In this document: positions 13,260 through 25,700 of the stretch, piece by piece
How the letters are laid out: the number at the start of each line of letters is the position of its first letter
How positions within the stretch are numbered: the stretch's first letter is position 1
Assembly (NCBI RefSeq): GCF_964213995.1
Contig: NC_135812.1
Coordinates: 40,052,001-40,116,000, forward strand
Origin: Mustelus asterias
Taxonomy: Eukaryota
Direction: 5' to 3'
DNA: 64,000 nt
Program-made: the position numbers and the translations under genes
The notes under the pieces: generated by a model
Database searches by the model: none
Told to the model about the DNA's origin: nothing
What the model saw: only the letters and a program-made list of their open reading frames with translations

Positions 13260-14745
13260 CCGAATGAATGGGTTTCATAATAGGTGGCAATATGAGAAAC
13301 ACAGCCACCCATAATATTCTGCCCATTGATTTATGGAGGGATCTAGCACGTGTAGAATGGAAACAATGATTGGCTAGGGAAACAGTAAACAAGCAATAGC
13401 AGCTCTTCAAACCAGACATAGTTCAGGGACAAGAAAAGCATATCCCCATGTGGAGGACAGATGGGGTACCAAAGCCTGGGCTCCCTAGATGACAAAATAA
13501 ATAGAGATTAATTCAAAACAGAAAAAAAAGTTTATACAAATGTCAGATACAGAATATAACAAAAAAGGTAGAATATAGTGAATGCAATTGGAAATTGATA
13601 AAGGATGTAACAAAAGTCAAAGAGAATATGAGAAAAGGTCAATATGTAACATTAAAGGGAACTCAAAAATATTTTATAAACACAGAAAGCTGAGGGGAAA
13701 AAGGAAACCATGTTGAGGTAGAGGGCATTTCTGAGATACCAATTGAGTGATGTACTTTGTATCGGTCATCACAAAGGAAGAGGACAAAGTTGATGGCACA
13801 GTAGAGGTGGTGAGAGTCAGGATGTTGGATAGAATAAAAATACATAGGTGAGCATCACTCAAAATTAACAAGTTATCTGGTCCAGATGGGATGCGTCTAG
13901 GTTGTAGATAGCAAAGGTTCTGGCCATAATCGATCAATCCTCCTTACATACGTCAGTGATGGCAGGAAATTGGAGGGTTGTAATTGTTGCATACAGTGTA
14001 AAAAGGAGAGAGAGAAACTTGATAGCTACAGGAAAGTATTCTAATGGTAGTGGTAGAAAAACAACTAAAAATTATAGTCCAGGAAAATATTAATTCTCAC
14101 TTGGGCAAGCTTGAGTTAATAAGGAATAGTCAACCTGGATTTGTTTAAGGCAAATAGTGCCTGACCAACCTGATTGAGTTCTTTGATTAAGTAACATAGC
14201 AAGTTGACATGCAACACATGTTTTAGATATGTGCTTTCAAAAGTAATATGTTAAAGTAATACAGAGCAGAAGCATTGGGAAAATTAGAAGCACATGATAT
14301 TAAATGGATAGTGGTAACTTGAATAGGTCATTACCTATGTAAATGGGCGGCACGGTAGCGCAGTGGTTAGCACTGCTGCTTCACAGCTCCAGGGTCCCGG
14401 GTTCGATTCCCGGCTCGGGTCACTGTCTGTGTGGAGTTTGCACATTCTCCTCGTGTCTGCGTGGGTTTCCTCCGGGTGCTCCGGTTTCCTCCCACAGTCC
14501 AAAGATGTGCGGGTTAGATTGTTTGGCCAGGTTAAAAATTGCCCCTTAGAATCCTAAAATGCGTAGGTTAGAGGGATTAGTGGGTAAAATACGTGGGAGT
14601 AGGGCCTGGGTGGGATTGTGGTCGGTGCAGACTCGATGGGCCGAATGGCCTCCTTCTGCACTGTAGGGTTTCTATGATTTCTACCTGAGCAATGAATTCC
14701 GAGTGTAGTGGTAAACAGTATTTTGCTGGCTGGAGAGAGGTATGA
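13260..14745 (+). mobile_element. Old degraded CR1 LINE (continues a fragment at about 7660-7960), interrupted by a SINE
   Basis: Decayed SGPDG, SQPGFVKG, CLTNLIEFF and LEAHDI-like segments. Confidence 0.7.
14345..14683 (+). mobile_element. HE1-like tRNA-derived SINE
   Basis: GGGCGGCACGGTAGCGCAGTGG A box, GGTTCGATTCCC B box, GTTTGCACATTCTCC body, CR1-like tail. Confidence 0.9.
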
Positions 14746-15374
14746 ACAAACCTCTGCAGGATATTATGTCAGTTGTTTTTCTTGTTACACATCATTATAG
14801 CCTTGTTTCAACCACAGACAAATGAGCTGAATTCTAGAAGTGAGATGAAAGTGACTGCCTCTGTCATCAGACAGTACATGATCATCATGCAGCATGTAGT
14901 AACACCTAGACAACATTCAGACTTGGGCTGATAAGTGGCAAGCAACATTCATGCGACACAAGTTCCAGGCAATACCCATCTCAAGATAGAATATAACAAC
15001 GTCTCCTTGACGTTCAGTGATATTACCACTAATGAATTACCCACCATCAACAGCCTGGGGAATACCACTGACTAAAAACGTAACTGCAGCAGCCATAGAA
15101 AAACTGTAGCTGCAAGAACAGGTCAATGATTGGCTATTCTGCAATGAGGAACTCACCTTATGACCCACTAAAGCCTTTTCACTGTCTGCATGGTAAATGT
15201 CAGGAGTATGATAGAATATTCTACATTTCCCTTGATGAGTGTTGCTCCAGAGAAGTTCAACTTCTTGGTGACTATCTAATCTTGATGGCCTCTAATGCTC
15301 TTTGCACAAAAGGAATCATTCTCTTTGTATTGTTTTGAGGATATGTCCCTTTATTTTTGAAAATATGGATAAAC

Positions 15375-16554
15375 GTTCTCCCATAAAAATTCTAAGTGTC
15401 AAATTCACATAAAAACTAGAGTAAATCCCACTGTTGTTTCTTTTCAGTGGGAGGTTCAAAATTAATCTCCCATACTCTGTGCACTGCAGAGTGCACTAGT
15501 GTAAATCATGCTAAAAAGCTGGGGGCGGAGCGTGATCCCACTGGAGAGACCGGCAGCATAGCCCTGAGCGGGCCACTGCACATGCGCCAATCTGTCAGCG
15601 CCAGGACGGGTGCATGCACAGTGGCCCCTTGCTGCCAGCCTCCTGATTGTTGGTCAGCCCAATCGTTGGCCATCCCCACAATCCTGCATCGCTGCTCTAC
15701 CGACTCCCTCACAGCCCGATCGCTGATTACCCAAACATGTCCCGCCGGCCTCAACCCCGCACCCTCCTGCCCTCAGCCCACTTCGATCTTCCCCCCACCT
15801 GCCCCTGCCAGCTCTCCCGATTCCCCCCTCCGCACCAGCAGCCCTACCCCGCACCCCCTCCCCCCGCTCTCCTGACTCCCCTGGCAAGCCGACCCCACCT
15901 CCCTACCCCGATGGCCAGCGCCAATTGCTGGCCTCCCTCCCTCTGCTTGTGATCTGCAAGCAGACTGGTAGCGGGACCCCCTACCCCACCGATCACCCCC
16001 ATAGGCCCCACCTCAATAAGCCCTGCCCCCTCTGGCCCCACTCCCTTGGCACTCCCCGATGCCGAGTGGGCAGTGCCAAGGTGCCACTTGGGTATTGCCA
16101 GTTTGCCCATTGGGCAGTGCCAAGGGTCCAGGTTAGCACTGCCAAGCTGGAAATACCCTGGGGGCATCCCCCCTTATCCCCGAACCTCTGGGGGGGGGCT
16201 TCAATTGCACCCCTTCACATCAGTGGAGTCGGGCTGCCAGCTCCCCACAAGTGGGGAGCCATAGTAAACCTCGCTGGAGTGAAATATTCCTGGCGATGGG
16301 AGAGAGGCTAACAGGCCTAGAGACTTCAGTCTGAGTCCTGCTAATAATATTTAAAATAGATATAAATGGCCATTTAAATAAATTATGCACTCTGTGCTGA
16401 TATCTGGCGTGGAGCTGATGGCGCCAGAAATCCGGCTGCCAGAGACTCGGAGGGTCGTGACGCCCAGCAGGAAGCCCGCAAAATGGCCTCTGCTTGAGTC
16501 TCACAGCCCGCTGTGCTACAGAAACAGCGCAGCGGGCTGGGAGAATCGCCCCCA
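15375..16554. mobile_element. Harbinger-type MITE-like element
   Basis: TTCTCCC..TTCTAAGTGTCAAATT left end and GGGAGAATCGCCCCC right end; body shared with 27530-28561, 46380-47348 and 51844-52155. Confidence 0.75.
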
Positions 16555-17384
16555 CCATTTTTCACCTTTCATTTGGCTGGAAATTTTGCAATTTGAAATG
16601 AGACAGAACAAATTACTTAAAAATGCAGGGCCACCTTCCAAGGTGAAGGTAAAAAGTGATCAAACCATCAGGGGAAGGTGAAGAGAGAGCCATTTCCTAC
16701 AATTCAGAGACCCACCAAAACATATCAATGTCTCAGAAAGGGACAATAAAATACAAAGTGCTGGATCTTGAACCAGTGGCTGTCACAGACCAGGCTGATC
16801 CATCTCAAATCCTTTGGAAATATATAATATTTAAGGCCAGACTGCAGCCACTACAGAGAGATTGCAAGAAAGTTTTCAGCAGAGGAAATATGCTGAAAGC
16901 TGTTCTCTCTGTCCCACTCTCTCTCTCTCTCTCTAGCATGGAACAAGTGTACTACCCAGTTCAGAAGCCAACTTTACTGGAAATCTATTAGTGAACCAAA
17001 ATCTCATAATAATTACATCTTCTATATCTCACCATATCCACGAAACTAGCTAATCCAAATTGGCTGCAATGTTCAAATAGCTATGTCTCAAGGACAATCA
17101 AAGCACACCTAACCATATATTATTTAATCATTTTTTATTGGACTCTCACTTCCCTAATTTCTGACACTTGTGTGTGTGTGACATTGCATTTTTATTGTTT
17201 TTTTTCCCTTGGGTTTAGTGATTAATAAATGTAATCTTTCTTTGAGTCAAGAAAACATTGTTTGATTGGCTCCTTATTGCTCACAGCATAAATAGTTAAA
17301 TTAATTTGGATTTGGAAAATACATATCCTCATGAAAAAGGTACTTAAACCTTTGCTGTGACCAACCCAGAAAGTTGAACAGAGG

Positions 17385-18168
17385 TGTTATGGGAAATTTA
17401 CCACTTCGGAGTCAGACTTGGAGGTTTCAACAATACAGTTTTATTTCGGATAAAGCTTTGGGAGAAAGCACTGGTACTCCGCAGTACTTGGCAGCTACCT
17501 TCTCAACTACACAATGGTAGTTGATGATTTTTATACCTTTTAGACAATAGGCAGTACGGACATTAGCCGTTAACACATCATTACAAGTTGAGTGGACAGA
17601 TACGGACATCGATAGTTAACACATCGTTACAAGCAGACAGGTACGGATATGGACAGTTAACATATCATTGTTCATAGAATGGATACATTTATGCAGTTAT
17701 GTCCTCTATCAATGACTGGTTTCGATCTATACATTCAGTAGCTGATCTTGTTACATTTATGTATTTATGTCCCCATCTGTGGCTGACATAAGAACATAAA
17801 AACATAAGAAATAGGAGCAGGAGTAGGCCATTTAGCCCCTCGAGCCTGCCCCGCCATTCAATAAGATCATGGCTGATCTGAAGTGGATCAGTTCCACTTA
17901 CCCGCCTGATCCCTATAACGCCTAATTCCCTTACCGATCAGGAATATAAGAACTGACCTTATTATCAGACTCATTGTTCTGGGTCTGCTCTTATCTAAAG
18001 TGCCTCAAGCTCTGACCAGCTTCCTGCAGCAATTCAGATACTGCAGGTTTTAACCTTTTGTGTAACTGTCTGTGCCAAAAGCCAGTGCCTTTCAATGTCC
18101 CTTCCCAGGTAACCATTTTTTGTGTCAGGTAACCATTTTGTGTCCATCACTTTAATTCCACCAGAACA
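17385..18168 (-). mobile_element. Solo LTR nested in another LTR-like sequence (about 16560-18208); itself carries a CR1 3'-tail insertion at about 17787-17950
   Basis: TGTT...AACA ends, TSD GAGG at 17381-17384 and 18169-18172, minus-strand AATAAA near 17440. Confidence 0.75.
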
Positions 18169-18214
18169 GAGGGGAGCCTGTTTACCCCTTCTCACCTAGT
18201 TATATCAAAATCCA

Positions 18215-19060
18215 TCCTACCAAAACCTTTCCTACATAATTTTAAATACTTCTATTAGGTCACTTGTGTGCCTTGCTTTTTACAAGAGGAAAGAGACTAA
18301 CCTGACAATAGTTTCCTGATATGTACCTACATATTTCTGGTGTCAGTCTTGTAAACCTTCTCTGCACCCTCGCTTGTGCCATTATATTCTTTTATAATAT
18401 AATGACCATAATTGCAAGGAGTACTTAGTGTGGTCTAACAAAAACTTGATACAGGTTTAGTATAACTTCACTGATTTTCAATTCTGAGGCACTGAATACA
18501 GAAACAATGAAGTCATGTTTAACACTTACAAATCTCTGGTTCGACCTTAGCTGCAGCAATATCTACAGTTCTGCACACCACAATTTAGGAGGGATCTCAA
18601 GGCCTCTGAGAGGGAACAATGAAGGTTTGCCAGGAATGAGGGGCATCAATTATGTAGAGAGTTTGGAAAAGCTGTGATTGTTCTTGTTAGAGAAGAGAAG
18701 GTAAGGGAAAACCTAATAGGGGTGTTCAAAGTGATACCAGGCTTTGATAGAGTAAATAGGGAGAAACAGCTTCCTCAGGCATGTGTGTCAGTAGTCAGAG
18801 GCCATTGATCTGAAATAACTGGCAAATAAACCAGAGGGGAAATGAGGAAAATGAAATTTACACCAAGCATTGTTAAGATCTAGAATGCACCACATGAAAG
18901 GGTGGAAGAATCAGATTCCATAAGAACTTCCCAAATACATTGGACATGTATTTGAAAATGACTGATTTGCAGTGTCATGAGAAAAATTGGGCTGAATTAA
19001 GAGCAAAGAGCACAATGGACTGAATGATCTCTTTCTCTACTGTAAGATTCTATGATTCTA
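18215..19060. mobile_element. Degraded CR1 3' region in two opposite orientations (minus to about 18480, plus after it)
   Basis: Both arms resemble the LVRPHLEYC..ERVQRR region; the plus arm ends in TTCTATGATTCTA. Confidence 0.65.
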
Positions 19061-19960
19061 TTTTATAAATCAATTATAAAGGCACGGTTTACAATGTATT
19101 TAATGCATCAGGTATTTCAAGCAATTCAATAAGCTCTTTGCACTTCATTAAAGTGCAATTACGTTAATTACATGATCTTCTCTATTTACTGTTTTAAAAG
19201 CTCTGCTGATTTCAGGCAAATTGAAGTGTATTCAATGTCTTGCAACTCGTATTGTTACTTACCTGGTATGTTGGAGCTGAGTGACTTGGTACAGCAGTGT
19301 AGTCAGACATTGTCACTATTTTGTGATAAAATGGGGCTGATTGACAGGATCACACATATTTAGTCATTGCAGGAGCTTGAGTTTTATTGTACTTATTTCC
19401 TTCTTCTGGACATTGATGAATTCTACATGAACAATGTAAAGCTGCAAAACTGTGTCATGAGCCAGGTAGTAGAGCATCACTGAAACTGTCTTTATGCTAC
19501 AATTCTTCGTTTTACAGTAAGTAATAGAGCTATTAAAGGTTAAATATTTTTTCTGCAAAGTCATTCATTCTCATGTTGTGTGCTATCCCAATAAGAATTT
19601 TACCAGCTATAAGAATGCACATTTGAACTCAAACCTGAAATAGTTGAGAAAAAGATATGAGTTCAGTTTCAATGGGAGTTTGACTTCAAATCTTAAAACT
19701 GACACAGTTAATACTGAACTATTGTAAATGTATCAGTAACTGTGAATCAGTCAGTAGTTGTTGAAATTTGTAGTCATATTGATTTTTAAATTTCTTTGTG
19801 TGTGATGATTGCATTAAATGAGAGTTGGAGAAATTCCATCCCTGTATTATGGGTTATCTTAAGAGTGGATGTGTGTTAGAGAACCAAAGAGTGCCCTATG
19901 TAATATACATTTTCAACACTATTGTGTTGGATCCCAACACTCTAAAGGGGGAGAACTAAC
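19061..19960 (+). pseudogene. Putative continuation of the viral L relic (late methyltransferase and C-terminal domain)
   Basis: Frame from 19061: FYKSIIKARF..IFSIYCFKSSADFRQIEVYSMSC, resembling the IIK and S..EVY motifs of K-D-K-E; the frame stays largely open to about 19480. Confidence 0.45.
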
Positions 19961-20583
19961 ATTGGTAACTACAAACCAATTGATTTAACATCAGTGGAAA
20001 ACTTTGGAAAATTTAATTAAAGATGATATTGTATGATAGCAATTTACAAAGAAAATAATAGACAGGAGCCAACAAGGATTTCAAAAGGGAAGACAAAATT
20101 CTTAGGGCCATAACCTCCTCAGGTTGCCACTCCTTGCTCACTTAACTACATGATATTTCTTCTGTGCTTGTCTCATCCAACCTTCCAACTCAGGCCGAGG
20201 GAGATTCAAGCCGTGCAGCTGACTCCAAAGGCCAACGTAGAAGTACAAGAGAGGTGAATTAGAGGAGAGAACCCTCCCTTTTTTACGCCACTAACTGCCG
20301 TAAACCAGGAAAAGTTTACGAGGAAGGTCCCATTTAAATTGACAGGCGAAGAGGAAGGTCAGTGCCTGAGATAAAGAGATAGGATTTGGGGTGGGGCTTC
20401 AAACCTTGGATGGGGTGGTGACGACTCAGAACCCGGGGTGGGAATGGGTTGGACCTTGGGCTAGGGTTGGGGCAGCGGAGTTTAGACCTTTGGCGGGGGT
20501 AAGACCTTGGGGGGACTGTGACAGCTGTGACCTCAGGGGCTTGGGGGTGTTCGGACCTTGGAGGGCAATGGGGCTCAGATCTT

Positions 20584-21527
20584 GATTTGATTTATTATTG
20601 TCACATGTATTGGTACACAGTGAAAAGTATTATTCTTGTGCGCTATACAGACAAAGCATACCATTCATAGAATACTTGGGGAAAATAAAAGGAGAGGGTG
20701 CAGAATATAGTGTCTTTTTATTCATTCATGGGACATGGTTGTTGCTGGCTGGCCAGCATTTATTGCCCATCCCTATTTGCCCTTGGAGGGCAGTTGAGAG
20801 TCAACCGCATTGCTGTGGCTCTGGAGTCACATGTCAGCCAGACCAGGTAAGTACGGCTGATTTCTGTTCCTAAAGGACATAGTGTTACAGTCATAGCTAG
20901 GCTGTAGAGAAAGATCAACTTAATTTAAGGTAGGTCCATTCAAAAGTCTTATGGCAGCAGGGAAGAAGCTGTTCTTGAGTTGGTTCGTACATGATCTCAG
21001 ACTTTTGTATATTTTTCCCGATGGAAGAAGTTGGAAGAGAGTACGTCTGGGGTGCATGGGGTCCTTGATTCTGCTGGCTGCTTTTCCGAGGCAGCGGGAA
21101 ATGTAGACGGAGTCAATGGATGGGAGGCTAGTTTGCGTGATGGACTGGGCTACGTTTACAATCCTTTGTAGTTTTCTTGCGGTCTTGGTTAGAGCAGGAG
21201 CTATACCAAATTATGATACATCTGGAAAGGATGCTTTCTATGGTGGATCTGTAAAAATCAATGAGAGTCGTAGTGGACATGCCAAATTTCCTTAGCCTCC
21301 TGAGAAAGTAGAGGCATTGGTGGGCTTTCTTAACTATAGCGTTGGCATGGAGGGACTAGGACAGGTTGTTGATCTGAAGACTTAGAAACTTGAAGGTCTC
21401 GACCATTTCCACATCATCCCTGTTGATGTAGACCTCCACTACGCATCTTGAAATCGATGACTATTTCCTTCGTTTTACTGACATTGGGGGAGAGACTATT
21501 GTCATTGCACCATTTCACCAGGTTCTC
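20584..21527 (-). mobile_element. Rex1/Babar-like LINE 3' fragment, with a short SINE/LINE-tail insert at about 20715-20880
   Basis: GATTT repeat tail; homologous to 30435-32085. Confidence 0.8.
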
Positions 21528-21579
21528 CGGCTGGAACTTTACCGCCCCGCCCGCCACAGATATCAGAGAGGGCGAGGGG

Positions 21580-22704
21580 TGTAGAAGATAAAAAAGAAAA
21601 GGGCTACTCTTAGATTGGCAGACTCTGCTAGGGTTTTTGTTTAATCAACTTAGATGTAGGATTCACTTAAATCAATGGGGAGTAAGTTTGCTAGTAGTTG
21701 TAATGAGGTGTTTTAAATACTTTGTAGTTTTAAAGGTACATGTAATACCTTTAATTAGTCCATACATATAAATATATTTTCTATACATTTTTAGAAATTA
21801 AACAAAGAAAATTTGAGTGCCCCTTTGATACCAAACATATGTTAGACACATTCCTTTAAAGCACCCAACTGTTGGAATCACGAGGCCATAAAGGAGACTT
21901 AATTGCCTCACCAGACACTTTATTAGAAACAACTGATGCAAGAGTGAGTTTTAAAGAAGCTGTTTTCACAGTTTCTAATCAAAACAGAATCAGAAAGATA
22001 TTAATGTCTCAGCTTACGAAAGAGGGAACTTAATGGGAACTGACAAGAATTAATGATAACATGATGACACCCCTTGAAATTGTAGGTAGTGATAAAAAGC
22101 TCAGTCATTGAATTGATAAACAATATAAACATGTGTTTCATTATGTTGGCAATAAACAAAACTTATCAGGGCTATAATTGGGGAATATCTTGAAGGCAAG
22201 TTGAGTCGAACACATCCCTTAGAGATTCAGTTAACTTCACTGACAAGGCCATAAACACTAATGGCTTTTGTAGGCTCCCTTTATCAATTAAAGGATGCCC
22301 ATGTGAGACTGTTTTAGTGAAGATGCTTTGTGAGGCTGCTATCAAAAATAGAGACATAATGACTGACTAAGAACTAGAGGACAGGCTTAGGGATGATATA
22401 TTGGGGTATCCCATGAGGTATCGTGACCTCATAGATCAGGGTGGTTCAGTATTTTTTCTATTGGATCAATACGTAAAGTATGTCATTTGTAACACTTTTG
22501 ATTGGATTGTGTCCAACTGACTGTGAGCTGCAGAATTGTATAAACCAGGATAATTTTCTTTGTCCGGTGGAGTGGTGTCTCGACCCATTGTGTCGGGAAC
22601 CGAGCCCCTTGCCAGCAAGTAAAATAAAGACAATCTGTCAGTTGTGTACCTTGTGTTAATGTGTGTTTGTGTTAAAGTTAAACTCGGAAATCGAGATTTC
22701 GACA
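21580..22704 (+). mobile_element. Solo LTR, 1125 bp
   Basis: TGTAGAA...TTCGACA ends, TSD GGGG at 21576-21579 and 22705-22708, TATAAA near 22539, AATAAA near 22622. Confidence 0.8.
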
Positions 22705-22768
22705 GGGGCGGACCCATGGGAAGGTCCGTTGACTTCGGGTGGGATTTTACGGTTTCAGCATGAGCGAG

Positions 22769-25700
22769 TGATGCACATCAATTTGGACACGAGGCTCGAA
22801 GCTTCAGTAAAATAAGGCTTTTATTAACTAACAATGAAGCTATCAGAACTTTAACACACTATCCCAGACTGAAGGGGTCCCGTCAGAGCAGGGACTCTTA
22901 TACCTCTCCCAGGAGGCGGTGCCCGACTGGGATGTGCCACAACAGTAACAAACACAGGTGTAACAACCCCACCCTAACCCAACAGCAACAGTAGTACAAT
23001 CCAACAGTAACCGATATACATCCCTGTAGTACTGGCCAGCCCTGGCTCAGTACTATCCAGTGGGAACCAACGATGGTTCACCACATTCACCCCTTCTTTG
23101 AGAACAAAGGCCGGCGGGGTACAAAAACAGAATAAAGTGTCAGCAGTCTATAAGTTCAGACGGTCTGGAGGACAGCACCGTCGTTGTGACCTCCTCAATA
23201 CCGGCGGTGACACCGGAGTAGGCACTTGCGGTGGCATTCTCCCCAAAACGGCGTCCAGCTGTTCTTCCACGGACTCACAGGCCGGTTGACCCTGATGAGA
23301 CGGTAGTGCAGGGGATCCTGACACGTCCTGCGGTGGCGACCATCTTCGGGGCTCAGGCAAGCTGTGCATTGGAGTAAAACTGTTAAGCAATGGTCCCGAT
23401 GCTGCCCGCGCCATGTCCGGGGAAGAAATGAGAGATAATGGATTTGTTACTGGGGGTATGGGAGCGACAGAAGTTGCTACGTCCCCTGCAGGTGCCACGT
23501 CTCGGATCGAGACCGTGTCCTCTCGCCCGTCAGGATATGCCACATAGGCATACTGAGGGTTGGCGTGGAGGAGGTGGACCTGTTCGACCAACGGGTCGGA
23601 CTTGCAGGCCCTTACATGTCGCCGCAGGAGGACGGGTCCTGGGTACGTCAACCAAGCTGGTAAAGATATCCCCGAGGAAGACTTCCGAGGGAATGAGAAC
23701 ATCCTCTCGTGGGGAGTAGCATTAGTTGCCGTACACAGGAGGGAGTGAATAGAGTGAAGCGCATCAGGGAGGACCTCCTGCCAACGGGAGACTGGAAGAC
23801 CTTTGGATTTCAACGCCATTAGGACAGCCTTCCAGACTGTAGCATTCTCACGTTCCACCTGTCCATTACCCCTAGGGTTGTAACTCGTGGTCCTACTAGA
23901 GGCAATCCCGTATGAGAGCAGGAATTGCCTCAAGTCATCGCTCATGAACGACGAGCCCCTGTCGCTATGGATATAGCTGGGGTACCCGAACAGGGTAAAA
24001 AGATCACGGAATGCCTTGATCACCGTGGCAGCGGATGTGTCCGAGCAGGGGACAACAAACGGGAACCGGGAGTACTCATCGATTATGTTTAGAAAGTACA
24101 CGTTCCGATCTGTTGAGGGAAGGGGGCCCTTAAAATCAACACTCAGCCTCTCGAAGGGGCGAGTGGCCTTGACCAAATGTGCCCGGTCAGGTCGGTAAAA
24201 GTGCAGTTTGCATTCCGCGCAAATCCAACAGCTCCTTGTTACCGACCTGATGTCCTCCACCGAGTAAGGCAGGTTGTGGGCTTTGACAAAGTGGTAGAGC
24301 CGAGTGACCCCAGGATGGCACAGATCATTATGGAGGGCGTTCAAGCGATCCTCCTGAATACTAGCGCATGTTCCGCGCGAGAGGGCATCCGAGGGCTCAT
24401 TGAGTTTCCCCGGACGATACATGATATCGTAGTTATAGGTGGAGAGTTCAATTCTCCACCGCAAGATCTTGTCATTCTTGATCTTGCCCCTCTGCGTGTT
24501 GTTGAACATGAACGTCACGGACCGCTGGTCCGTGATCAGGGTGAACCGCTTTCCCGCCAGGTAATGGCGCCAGTGTCTGACGGCCTCCACAATGGCCTGG
24601 GCCTCCTTCTCCACTGCTGAATGCCGAATTTCGGGGCCTTGGTGGGTGCGGGAAAAAAATGCGACGGGCCTGCCCGCCTGGTTAAGTGTGGCGGCCAGGG
24701 CGAAATCAGATGCATCGCTTTCCACCTGAAAGGGGATGGATTCGTCTACCGCGTGCATCGTGGCTTTCGCGATGTTGTCTTTCAATTTCTTGAAGGCCAA
24801 TTGGGCCTCTGGCGTAAGTGGAAAAGTCGTGGACTTAATAAGCGGACGGGCTTTGTCCGCGTAGTTGGGGACCCACTGCGCATAATAGGAGAAGAAGCCT
24901 AGGCATCTTCTCAGTGCTTTTGCGCTAGCAGGCAAGGGAAGTTCAGCAAGGGGGCGCATCCAGTCTGGATCAGGGCCGATGACCCCATTTTCCACCACGT
25001 ATCCCAGGATGGCTAACCGGCGTGTACGGAACACACACTTCTCCCTGTTGTAGGTCAAGTTCAGGCGAGATGCAGTGTGTAAGAAGTTATGGAGGTTTGT
25101 GTCATGGTCCTGCTGGTCATGGCCGCAGATGGTGACATTATCCAGGTACGGGAAGGTAGCCCGCAGCCTGTTCTGGTCCACCATTCAGTCCATAGCACGC
25201 TGGAAGACCGAGACCCCATTGGTGACACCAAAGGGAACCCTAAGAAAATGATACAAGCGACCATCCGCCTCAAAAGCCGTGTATTGTCGGTCCTCTGGGC
25301 GAATGGGGAGTTGGTGGTAGGCGGACTTGAGGTCTATGGTGGAGAACACCCGGTACTGCGCAATCTGATTGACCATATCAGATATGCGCAGGAGAGGATA
25401 CGCATCCAGCTGCGTATATCGGTTAATGGTCTGACTGTAATCAATGACCATCCAGGGTTTGTTCCCGCTCTTGACCACAACAACCTGTGCTCTCCACGGA
25501 CTAACACTGGGCTGTATGATCCCTTCTTTGAGGAGTCGCTGAACCTCAGATCTGATGAAGATCCGATCCTCAGTGCTGTAACGCCTACTTTTAGTAGCGA
25601 TGGGCTTGCAGCCTGGTACCAGATTCTGAAATAAAGAGGGTGTGGTGATCTTTAACGTAGAAAGATTGCAGGCGGGGCACGTTGGGCAATTTGGAGACTG

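Noticed and set aside
14345-14420. tRNA-like sequence
   Set aside because: It is the SINE head, continuous with the SINE body and repeated several times in the window
14760-15375. Small unique pieces (14760-14900, 15260-15375) as the missing middle of the viral methyltransferase
   Set aside because: The combined length would fit but I see no catalytic Asp motif; left unassigned
15447-16681. Many overlapping GC-rich ORFs (also at 4616-5387, 27483-28454 and 48376-49087)
   Set aside because: Stop-poor MITE interiors with no protein motifs
19372-19465. Possible host exon (CAG..CAG/GTAG, ELEFYCTYF..)
   Set aside because: Weak splice context; in frame with upstream decayed sequence rather than bounded by introns
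21790-22520. Protein-like reading first taken as more viral L sequence
   Set aside because: It lies inside a TG..CA solo LTR with a TSD. This shows that protein-like readings can arise by chance, so weaker viral calls are scored low
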